Positions 53,575 to 64,000 of a stretch of 64,000 nt of DNA are shown piece after piece. The notes below the pieces were generated by a model that searched no databases, was not told the DNA's origin, and saw nothing but the letters and a program-made list of their open reading frames with translations. Origin of the DNA: Octopus sinensis (lineage: Eukaryota); assembly GCF_006345805.1 (NCBI RefSeq), contig NC_043008.1:25358001-25422000 (forward strand), read 5' to 3'. The position numbers and the translations under genes were made by a program. Each line of letters begins with the position of its first letter. Positions within the stretch are counted from its first letter, which is position 1.

Positions 53575-53925
53575 TGGAAGTTTGCGTCTTGGTTCCTGGT
53601 TCAGTCCCACTATGTATTACCTTGGGTAAGTGTCTTCTACTTTAGCCTCAGGCTGACAAAAGCCTTGTAAGTGGATTTGGTAGATTGGAACTGAGATAAG
53701 CCCATCATATATGTGTGCGTGTGTGTGTGTATGTGCGTGTATGTTTTTAACCTCCCCAACTACTTGACAACTAGTGTTGGTGTGTTTACGATCCCATAAC
53801 CTAGTGGTTTAGCACAAGAGACTGATAGACTATACCAGTTTTAGAAAAAGAAATATTCTCTCGGGTTTATTTATTCAACTAAAATTCTTCAAGGTGGCTG
53901 AAGCATGGCCTCAGTCTAATGACTA
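53575..53925 (+). mobile_element. tRNA-derived SINE, preceded by a lone mariner TIR fragment (53522-53570)
   Basis: 14186-family sequence; TATGAGGGTGTGCTGAAAAGTTCCTGGC. Confidence 0.7.
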
Positions 53926-54305
53926 GAAAAATGTCTTATTTAACTGCAATATTTATTTTCTGTGACATGAGTTCCTGACAACATCTGACAGGCAAGGCAT
54001 CATAACCAACACAGCTCAGTTATCTCATCAAGCACCAAAGGGCAATTTATACCATTGATTACCTTGTGATATTTTCCTATAGTGTATCTCTCAAGTTATT
54101 TTGTTTAAAGGTATTTTACCCATGACTTTAGAAAAATATCTTATTCAACTGTGAAATTTATTTTCCATGGCACGTATACCTAGCAACATCTGGCAGGCAA
54201 GGCATCACAATTAGCTTAGTTTAGTTATCTTAAGAAACATCAAAGGGATATGCCATTGATTATCTCAAGGCATTTCCTATAGCATATCTCTCAAGTTATT
54301 GTTTT
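53921..54305. repeat. Old tandem duplication, two ~200-bp units
   Basis: Shared AGAAAAAT.TCTTATT.AACTG, CAACATCTG.CAGGCAAGGCATCA and TTCCTATAG..TATCTCTCAAGTTATT blocks. Confidence 0.75.
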
Positions 54306-55026
54306 TTGCATATATTTATTAATAATTTTTGCTAATTAATATGTATATAGATACATTTTTATAAAGACAGGAATACCTAAACTAAGTGTAAAAACAGGAA
54401 ATAATCAAGATCACCCAACCTGCTTTGTGTCAGATGATTTTTGGAAAATGGTAGCTCTCTTTTGGTAAAAACGTTTAAAATTATGTTAGTAAAAGTGTTT
54501 TCTAAGAAAAGAAAATATAACTAAATAAAAAAAACTAAACATAACAGAAAAATAGAGATTCTATATTTTAGTATCCCAAATAGCTTTTTGAGGCAATTCT
54601 CCAATTTTAATTGAAGCAGTCATAGGGTTAATGAATGTCAAATGAGCATAAAGTTTCTTGATACTCTGAATACAGTGGAACTATTTAATCTGTTCTCGTA
54701 TATTTATTTCAATGTTTTGTTGCTATTCACTTGTTTATTTGCTTTTTAATTTCAGTTTATCATCACCATTTACCTTGCTTGTCAAACTGCAAACTTAAAG
54801 TCTTAAGCCTGCATATAAAAGTGGAATGAGGTTAAAAGTAAATCCAAGATCTACATATCAAAATAACTAGTTTTTAGCTCATTAGCATAAAGAGTATTTA
54901 CATTTCTATTTACTAGAGCTTATTCTTTTGCATCCTGTGCTTTTCTTCTTACTCCTAGTCTTTTAAAAAAGAAAGAATCATTTGTTTTAATAATAAGATG
55001 CATACATGCACATATATATTATTTTT

Positions 55027-56932
55027 CAGTGCTAGCAGTGGTCTTGATTATAAATGATTTTATTTTGTAATCTCAGGTTATTGCCCTGTTTAGCTTTTCT
55101 AAACAAAAGTAATAGAAAAAACCCTTCAAGCAGAGAGAGAGACAGTGGGCAAAAGTAGTTGAGCAGCAATCAGAAATGAACACCTGCCAAGTCTAAGGCA
55201 ACTGAAAATGTAACACAAAGAGATACTCCAACAAAATTTCTTGTCACTCCAACTTTGAAGTGACAACATATTGAAGATGAAGAAAACAAGAACGATTCAT
55301 AAAATGACAACACAGTCATTAGTCCAATTATAATTGATGAATACAATGATGTAATTGGCAACAACTTATAAAAATGATGATGCAGCTGTAAATCAGGTTG
55401 AAGACAATGTTAACACTCCAGAAGACAGGACCAAAATGGGAAGTCTAGTTATAAATGATGAAGAATATGGCTCATCCAATTGTAGTCAAAGCTAACATTT
55501 CTGATGACCCAGCCAGGTGGCCAGCAGATGTAAGCCAAAGTTTAAGAGATTATTTAACAATGAAAGTTTCCTGCTCCTGATATTCCTGTGAATAACTTTC
55601 CATGAAATGAAGAGGAATTGCGTTTTACAAACTTTAAGAGGAAACTTTCAAATGGTAACTGTGCCAAAAGACTTTGAGTTATATACTCTCAGTTTGTTGA
55701 TAGAATTTAATACTCTTATTATACTGAAACAGCTAAAAACATGCTATTATTTTCTTATGGTCGGGTTCCAACTCAGGCCATAGCAACAAAGACCACCTAC
55801 CATACACCTTGGTTCAATATCACTGCTTTGAGCTCATGGATACATTCCAGGCCAGTGACTGTGATCAAGTTGTCAATGTAAATGTGAAAACATTTTCCTC
55901 TTCTTACATCACCATGAAGTGGGTTCCACAAGACTAATTTGGACGCTTCAGGTTCAGGTGGCAGTGACCAGATAGTTGCAGCCATATTTGCTTGATCTTC
56001 TCATTACCTTTCCATAGATTTCCATAAAGGCTGCTGCCATTTCACATTTAAGAGCCTTTTGTAGCATCCTTGTGTGGCAACCATCTATTCTGTTTGGTAA
56101 TTTCTTTGTCAGTGTTCATGCTTGACTGCCATATAATTTGACACTGATTTAACAGCTGCAATCAACAGCTTGATTTTGATTCGCCTGGACTGTTTGGAGT
56201 TTTAAGACCTTCTTTAGTTTGTGACAAGCTATCTATGCTTGTGCTCTCCTGATCTTGTCTGCTTCTGAACTCTTCACTCAACCAACATTTAGTTTGGAAC
56301 CACTCAAAGCAAACAGTTCAACGTCTTTTGATTGGCAGAAAGACATGTATTCACTTTTCTTCACATATGTGTGCAGTCCAATCTTGGCCAAAGAACTTGA
56401 TGCCCTAAAAACTTCTCTTCCTTTCAGTGCCATAACGCCTCAATATCTGCTTGGATACGTGGGAGCAAACATTCGATTCACAGCATCTCCTAATGTTTCC
56501 ATATCTTTGAAGATTTTCTTAACAATGCCCGTAACAGTTACATCAGGAGAAGGAAGTTTTTCAAAGATAAAACTGATTTGAATGGTCTACAATTTCACAA
56601 AGGTGACTAAATAATTTGGTGATGCTATATATAGAAAATGACATGTCAAAAGCTTTGAAATGATTTTCAAAGACTTTTCTGATAAAATGCCAGAAACGTT
56701 TGTTTATAGAAGACCTATTCACAAACAGCATGTCAGTAATTATCTTGACTTGTAATAAGACAGTAAATCTTTCATATGATCTTTGAAATTTTAGTATACC
56801 ATTGTAGCTAATGGTGAAGCCTGAAGTTCTCAACACTCTTTGGCTAGGACTGGTGTACTACACAGAACATAAAGCATCAATCTTCAGTTTTTATAGAGTA
56901 GAGTGACCCATAGAAAATTCTTCCTAGTACTG
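55027..56932 (+). mobile_element. hAT transposon remnant (TTF-zinc-finger-type N-terminus, dimerisation domain)
   Basis: DDPARWP..RKLSNG; PNVSISLKIFLTMPVTVTSGEGSFSKIKLI..LYIEND; candidate short TIRs CAGTGCTAG / CTAGTACTG, no TSD seen, so the ends are tentative. Confidence 0.75.
55780..56250 (-). mobile_element. RTE 3' fragment nested in the hAT remnant
   Basis: LVLWNPLHG..RRGK..YIDNL...GL motif. Confidence 0.6.
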
Positions 56933-57006
56933 CCCCTAATCATGTGTATATTATATAAGCAGTTATAGATAGCAGTTCACTGAATAAGCATTTCAAGCTA
57001 ATTGGG

Positions 57007-57051
<45 letters not shown>

Positions 57052-57173
57052 GTGTAAATTTAAATACAAGAATTTTTACATGCTAGAAGAAGCAGTCAAA
57101 ATGACCAGAACCACATTTAAGAGCAATTTTCGTTGGGAATGAAAAATAAAAACTTTCACCTTGTTATATTTTG

Positions 57174-57244
57174 CAGTTATAACTAGGTTTCAAATTTCTT
57201 TAGCAAACAAAATAATTTGCTAGGCGAATCCTCATCAGTAACCG
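57174..57244 (-). ncRNA. Type-I hammerhead motif with one stem III mutation
   Basis: CGGTTA-CTGATGA-GGATT..TAGCAA..TTGCTA..AATTT-GAAA-CCTAGT-TA-TAACTG. Confidence 0.65.
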
Positions 57245-57450
57245 TGCCTTAACAACTAACATATAATTCAGAGACAAATAACACGTGTCTCATCATTATA
57301 TGTTATAATGTTTCAAAATTCACAGTGCAAGTGCAGTTTCAGTCAGCAGTAATTGGATAATGCTGAGCTGATCTTCGAAAATGCTAAGATAATATTCATA
57401 AAATATATATAGGATAGCAGTCAAAACGACGAGAACCACAAATAAAGGCA

Positions 57451-57521
57451 CGGTTACTGATGAGAATTCGTCTAGCAAAATATTTTAATTGCTAAAGAAA
57501 TTTGAAACCTAGGTATAACCG
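57451..57521 (+). ncRNA. Minimal type-I hammerhead ribozyme motif
   Basis: Stem I CGGTTA/TAACCG; CTGATGA 57457-57463; stem II GAATT/AATTT plus TAGCAA/TTGCTA; GAAA 57504-57507; palindrome ACCTAGGT; predicted cut after A57515. Confidence 0.85.
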
Positions 57522-57743
57522 CAAAAAATAACAAGGTAAAAGTTATATTTTTCTTTCCCTTCAAAAATTGCTCTTAAACTTGGTTCTGGTCGTTTTGACT
57601 GCTTCTTCTAGCGTGTAAGAATTACCTGTTAGAGATAGTTTTCTCTTGTGTTTAAATGTTCACTATTTTATATTGATAATATGTTGTCTATTGACTTTTT
57701 ATACATACTAGGCCACTGGTGGCGATAATTCTAAGAATATTCG

Positions 57744-57810
<67 letters not shown>

Positions 57811-57814
<4 letters not shown>

Positions 57815-58253
57815 ATTTAGAGATGGTCATGTTGCCAGTTTAGCCAATAAAAACACACGCACTATATATTTGGTGTTAATTTGCTTCAGCTTTATTTTAT
57901 TTTTTACGTTAATCATATTTCGGCCAGACTTCTTTCGTCACACTTCTGTGACCTCATCAGTGGTCCTTTGCTTTCTTCCTTCTTATTTGTGTGTCTGTCC
58001 TTACTAACGATCAGCCAAAACAGCTGATCGTTAGTAAGGAGAGACACACAAATGGCTGATTGTTAGTAAGGAGAGATACACAAATAAGAAAGAAGAAAGC
58101 AAAGGATGAGGTCACATATGTGTGACGAAAGAACTCTGACAGAAATATGATTAATATAAAAAATAAAATAAAGCTGAAGCAAATTAACACAAAATATATA
58201 GTGCGTGTGTTTTTTGGGGGACAAACTGGCAACATGACCATCCCTAAATACAA
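57811..58253. mobile_element. Palindromic element (~205-bp arms, 7-bp spacer) with degenerate hammerhead-like motif
   Basis: Arms inverted about 58016-58022; minus strand GGACCA-CTGATGA-G-GTCAC AGAAGT GTGAC-GAAA-GAAG-TC-TGGCC at 57922-57966. Confidence 0.75.
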
Positions 58254-58309
58254 AAAATCTATTTCAACACATGATTTCACATCAAAAATCTTGCAAAACA
58301 AATGTATAA

Positions 58310-58346
<37 letters not shown>

Positions 58347-58349
<3 letters not shown>

Positions 58350-58768
58350 GGTGTGTAAGGTATTTGAGGACATAACTTTTTGGGTCATTGCTGCATTTTT
58401 GGCTAACTCTGTATAATCTTTGTTTCAGAAAATAATAAGGGCAAACCCTCAGCTTACCCATGAAATGAGTAGGCATGATGCTATTGTTGTTATAAAAGCT
58501 GGGCATAGCGATTTAGAAATATCTCGATTTTTAAAAGTTGCCAGATCTTTCATTTACAAAGTTTGTAAGGAGCTAGAGACTGAAACTGGAAATGTATCGC
58601 CAGTATCAACATAAGAAACATTCTAAATGCTTTGAAATCATCAGAACACCTGAATTTATCCAGCAAGTTCAACATGCCATTCGTTACAATCTCAGAAAGT
58701 CCATGGGGTCAATTGCAAAAGATCTCCATGTGTCAGAAGGAACAATCAGAAATGTTGGCCACAAAGAC
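58347..58768 (+). mobile_element. Tc1/mariner-superfamily (maT/DD37D-like) 5' end and transposase N-terminus, copy 1
   Basis: TA-CAGGGTG end; [54 protein letters not shown]; cut off by (TA)n. Confidence 0.75.
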
Positions 58769-58824
58769 ATATATATACATATATATTTATATATATATGT
58801 ATATATATATATATATATATGTAC

Positions 58825-58855
<31 letters not shown>

Positions 58856-58908
58856 CATATATACATACATATATATATATATACATACATATATATATAT
58901 ATACATAC

Positions 58909-58939
<31 letters not shown>

Positions 58940-58940
58940 C

Positions 58941-58971
<31 letters not shown>

Positions 58972-59006
58972 CATATATAATATATATATATATATATATA
59001 TGTATG

Positions 59007-59060
<54 letters not shown>

Positions 59061-59137
59061 ATATATGCATATTTATATGTACATATATATATGTATGTGT
59101 ATATATATATATATGTGTGTATATATGTATATATATA

Positions 59138-59172
<35 letters not shown>

Positions 59173-59175
<3 letters not shown>

Positions 59176-59594
59176 GGTGTGTAAGGTATTTGAGGACATA
59201 ACTTTTTGGGTCATTGCTGCATTTTTGGCTAACTCTGTATAATCTTTGTTTCAGAAAATAATAAGGGCAAACCCTCAGCTTACCCATGAAATGAGTAGGC
59301 ATGATGCTATTGTTGTTATAAAAGCTGGGCATAGCGATTTAGAAATATCTCGATTTTTAAAAGTTGCCAGATCTTTCATTTACAAAGTTTGTAAGGAGCT
59401 AGAGACTGAAACTGGAAATGTATCGCCAGTATCAACATAAGAAACATTCTAAATGCTTTGAAATCATCAGAACACCTGAATTTATCCAGCAAGTTCAACA
59501 TGCCATTCGTTACAATCTCAGAACGTCCATGGGGTCAATTGCAAAAGATCTCCATGTGTCAGAAGGAACAATCAGAAATGTTGGCCACAAAGAC
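59173..59594 (+). mobile_element. Same fragment, copy 2 (826-bp period)
   Basis: Identical to copy 1 except one substitution seen (CAGAAAGTCC vs CAGAACGTCC). Confidence 0.8.
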
Positions 59595-59734
59595 ATATAT
59601 ATACATATATATTTATATATATATGTATATATATATATATATATATATGTACATATATATATATACATATATATATATATACATATATACATACATATAT
59701 ATATATATACATACATATATATATATATACATAC

Positions 59735-59765
<31 letters not shown>

Positions 59766-59780
59766 CATATATATATATAC

Positions 59781-59848
<68 letters not shown>

Positions 59849-60035
59849 GTATGTATATATATATATATGTATGTATATATATATATGTATGTATGTATAT
59901 ATATATATATGTATATATATATGTATATATATATATATATGTATGTGTATATATATATATATGTGTGTATATATGTATATATATATGTATATATATATAT
60001 ATATATATGTACATATATATATATACATATATATA

Positions 60036-60283
60036 TATACATTGGACAAACGAGTATCACCTTGAGAAAGAGAACCACTCTACACAAGGAGCAAATCCGT
60101 TTCCTGCAATACAGACAAGTTCCTCTCAGTGAACATATAGAAAAATGTGCAGGTAACATCAAACCAAATTTCACAGTCTTCCCTTTCTACCAGTGCAAAG
60201 ACACAATCTCTCAACTAGAACGTTTAAATAAAGAAACTTTTTTCATTGAAAAATTCAAAACACGTCTTAATATGCACGCATAA
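60036..60283 (+). mobile_element. Penelope-like GIY-YIG endonuclease C-terminal fragment, open frame
   Basis: [44 protein letters not shown]; parallels the C-terminus of the 48950-51584 element. Confidence 0.85.
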
Positions 60284-60799
60284 CCAACTTTTATATTTTT
60301 ACATATTTCAATTCACGATTACATCACTGTACATAAATTCCCTACTAAACAAGGTTTTTGAAACCTGTCTCTGCTCTGTACACATATTTAATACCCACCC
60401 ATTACCGAAAGCTGAACAGTTATCTCCCTTACACACAACAATAACAATAATAACAACCAATTACTTCCCTTTATTTATCTACTTGTGAAGTCATTCACTC
60501 TTGAATTTTATCATACACACAACATGGACCAAATTTCTTCTTAAGAAAAAATATATATTGAAATAAGTAAAACATATCATGAATAGTGATAGCAAAACTG
60601 GTCGATATATTAAAAATATGTAAGTGTGCGTATTTTCCTTTTTGAATTTCTTATATACATTACAACACACCACATGGGAATAATCGAAATACCTCTTTTC
60701 TGTTACTACTATCATATATATATGATGATTTTCGATGATTTTGATGATTTTCCAGTTTCAGCTAATGAGCTGTGGCCATGCTGGGGCACCGCCATTTAA

Positions 60800-60970
60800 A
60801 TCTCTCGTTTAACAGCAGGGATCACCACCATCCCTGCCGGAGCCTCGTGGAGCTTTAGGTGTTTTTTCGCTCAATAAACACTCACAACGCCCGGTCTGGG
60901 AATCGAAACCGCGAGTCCGCTGCCCTAACCACTGGGCCATTGCGCCTCCACACTGGGCCATTGCGCCTCC
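60800..60970 (-). mobile_element. CpG-rich tRNA-derived SINE (third family) with duplicated 5' end
   Basis: GGAGGCGCAATGGCCCAGTG twice, then GTTAGGGCAGCGGACTCGCGGTTTCGATTCCCAGACCGG. Confidence 0.8.
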
Positions 60971-60999
60971 ATATATATATATATATATATCATCATCAT

Positions 61000-61836
61000 C
61001 ATCGTTTAATGTTTGTTTACCATGCTGGCATAGGTTGGACGGTTTGACTGAGGTCTTGAGAGCCAGTAGCTGCACCAGCCTCCAATCTAATCTGTTAGTA
61101 TTTCTACAGCTGGATGCCCTTCCTTACGCCAACTACTTTGAGAGTGTAGTGGGTGTTTTTTTCCATGCCCCCAGCACAGGAACCAGTCTAGTGGGCCTGG
61201 CATCGGCCACATTTGGATGGTGCTTTTTATGGGCCAATTGCATAGGAGCCAGTTAAGGAGCACTGACTACAGCTATGATATTGGTTTTACTTGACTCAGC
61301 AGGTCTTCCCAAGCATATCATATTGCACGACACATCAGGGGTACTCTTAACTGGACCAGACATGTATGGCTGTGATGTCACTTTAGTTGCATGTTTTCTC
61401 AATCACAGCATGTCTCCAAAGGTCTCGGTTTCCTTTCATTGCCTCTGTGAGGCCCAATGTTCAAAGGTCATGCTTCACCACCTCACCCCATGTCTTCTTG
61501 GGTCAACCTCTTCCACAGGTTCCTTCCAAAGTTAGGGAGTAGCACTTTCCCATGCAGATGTCTTCATCCATACATAACACTTGACCATACCAACACAGTC
61601 ATCTCTCTTGCAACCACATTTGGATGCTTCTTATGCCCGACTTTTTTCTCAGGGTGCTTACACTCTGTCATGTATGCACACTGACATTACACATCTAGCA
61701 GATCATTCTAGCTTTATTTCTTTCAAGCCTATGCATGTCCTCAGCAGCCATGGTCTATGTTTCATTGTCATGTAGCATAGCAGTTCGTACAGATGCATAA
61801 TACAGTCTACCTTTTATCCTGAGTGTGAGGCCCTTA
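61000..61836 (-). mobile_element. RTE-type LINE 3' fragment with 3' UTR
   Basis: Homologous to 18800-19750. Confidence 0.82.
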
Positions 61837-61857
61837 ACATAATATATATAGTTATAA

Positions 61858-62066
61858 TGGTTTCAAATTTTTGCCCCAAGGACAGCTTGGGGGAGGAGAT
61901 GAAGTTGATTGCATTGACCATAGTGCGAAACTGGTACTTATTTAATCGACTCTGAAAGGATGAAAGGCAATTCCTTGGTGGAATTTGAACTCAGAGCGTA
62001 GCAAAGGGCGAAATACCACTAAGCATTTCGTCCAGTGTGCTAACAATTCTGCCTGTTTGCTGCCTT
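61858..62066 (-). mobile_element. MetaSINE-like SINE
   Basis: Same core as 6330-6550. Confidence 0.72.
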
Positions 62067-63363
62067 AATATATATAGTAATAATAATAATCCTTGGATGG
62101 AATTTATAAATATTTTAATGCATTGCTACACACGTTTCCTCATATCATGTGTCCCATAATACAATAGTCTGTATTCCTGGGGTGATTACAGTACAGTTCG
62201 TAGTATCCATGGACATTAGGTAGATCATGTTCATGCATTTATTTCTTCAGGCAATATCACATTAATGAATAGGAACTTTTACATGCATATTCAAAATGTT
62301 TCCCATAAACAAACTTAAAGGATATATACATAATGTGTGTGTGTATGTATGTTTATACATAGGTGCAGGTATGACTGTTGTGAAGTTTGCTTTGCTATCA
62401 TGTGATTCTGGATTCATTCTCATTGCATGACAAATGAAGCATGTATCTTCCACTCTAGCACCGAATTGGCTGGTATTTACTGGGCTAAATTTTGTTACAC
62501 CTTTGTTACACTTGGCTGATGAAAAACTATAAAGGAGAATGCAGAGAACATGTATGCATGTCTCTGCATAAATGTATGTATAAACAAATTGAATAAAGCA
62601 TTACTATGTTTTTTTCCTCATAATTTTTTTAATGAATCCACTTTTGATATAAAAGCTTCCATTTATTGAGAGACCACTGTTGTGGTTTTTGTTAGCAACT
62701 TTAAAACATTGATTTTGCATAATGGACTTGTTAATTTAAATATTAAACTATTAATAAAGATTATTGTTTCTATGCCAGCTGTTGCACATGAATAATAATG
62801 TCATCAACTGATAATATAGGTTATGTAAATTGGTTTTACTATAAAATAGTTCACAAACTCATTTCCTTTTGATGGAAGCCATGTTATCTTTCATATATTT
62901 CTGGACAAAATTAGATATGTAAATATGTTTCTGTTTTTATTAACTTAATAAAATAGTCAGAATAAGAAGGGTACAGTCTATAAAATTTTAGGCTTCTCTA
63001 GGCTGCTATGATAAATGTAGTTTATATTCAATTTGAAGTTCTGTATGTCAGTAACTAGGAGTAAAACTTTTGTAGGGAGAGATTATTAACACCCAATGTC
63101 CTAAATAGGACAGTGGAACATATAAGAAGTCATAAATATGCTCCTAAAAAGTGAATAGTTTTTATAGCTTTGATCATAAGTGTACTTGGTCAAATTTGAA
63201 TTGGGAATAAGCAGCAACAAATTTGATAAAAAAGATATTTCAGAACGTTGCAGTCAGGGAAAGAATCATTGAGTAAAGTGTTTAATGCAGGCTGTGGTAG
63301 GTAAAACAGAGTATGAATGAAAAGAAGAGGAAAAGCCTGTTCATTGGGTGGACTGGTGTGGGA

Positions 63364-63546
63364 AGTGGTATGCAGAGGAGCAAAATCTATAGCAGTAGCA
63401 ATAGGAGAGACAGAGTGAAAAAATAGCCAATTGCTGTATCTTGTTAGTGCACTACTTATTCAACTGGAAATACTAATTTCTGTTTAGGGAATATTTGTGA
63501 TTTTAATAACATTTTACATTGTTCTATTCAACTATTATTAATCACT
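63364..63546 (+). repeat. Dispersed ~183-bp repeat, copy 2
   Basis: Highly similar to 47393-47575. Confidence 0.85.
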
Positions 63547-64000
63547 AAAAATATTGCTGTGGGTTTTTGTAAAAATACATTATACATATATGCACAAAAA
63601 TAACCAGACTATTCAATTTAGCTCAAAAAGTATATACAAAAAAGAAGACATGAAAGGGTAGAACATTATTTATTCTTCTCCTAGCCATATTATAGCATTA
63701 TTTGTTGAAAGCTGGAAATTTTGATTCAAAGTATGTGAGAATTCATATCAAAAGAAATTGTTGTTATTAAAAATTATTATTGTAATGTACTATGGCATTT
63801 CTTAGTACAAACTTTTATATGTTAGCAGAATTGAATGGAAGATTGAAAAATATTCAGGAGACTGATGGTCTTAATTTTATGTAATGGATGGAAAAGTTGT
63901 GGTGTGAAATGCATGTGCTGACATTTGTCAGTGTTCTGAACTATAAGAAGAAAATATGCTGGTAATTGATATTCAGTGGAGAAGATGTGCAATTGGTAGT

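Larger units (their letters stand above)
57043..57672. mobile_element. (TA)n-bounded foldback element carrying two outward-facing hammerheads
   Basis: 57043-57250 is inverted relative to 57443-57672. Confidence 0.85.

Noticed and set aside
58592-60283. Long YI/IY-rich ORFs (also at 152-694, 32500-33692, 47785-48051)
   Set aside because: Translations of (TA)n/(TG)n microsatellites
63900-63965. Candidate 30-nt micro-exon (TGTCAG|...GCTG|GTAATT), and a similar one near 63243-63296
   Set aside because: Splice-like motifs arise often by chance; no supporting frame context

Overview
AT-rich, repeat-dense animal genomic DNA. The SINE families, RTE tails and (TA)n/(TG)n/(TAA)n load suggest an octopod cephalopod (inference). 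I cannot support any host protein-coding exon; most ORF-track entries are microsatellite artefacts or decayed transposon fragments. Recognisable elements are RTE LINEs, R4/Dong-type RT fragments, a decayed Penelope-like element (RT + GIY-YIG) plus a second GIY-YIG 3' fragment, several mariner remnants, a hAT remnant, many tRNA-derived SINEs and a 5S rRNA pseudogene. Main result: a ~565-bp tandem array (8849-11820) in which each unit carries a minimal type-I hammerhead ribozyme motif with a palindromic stem III (ACGUACGU, GUA cleavage site), i.e. a retrozyme-like element. The array flips orientation mid-way and ends in (TA)n on both sides. A second hammerhead family (57043-57748), a degenerate third (57811-58253), a 5S-derived foldback (36262-36429) and a SINE-centred palindrome (5955-7061) share the same head-to-head, 3'-ends-outward layout. 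This suggests one integration route, possibly driven by Penelope-like enzymes (inference). All analysis was by eye; outer boundaries of decayed elements are approximate.
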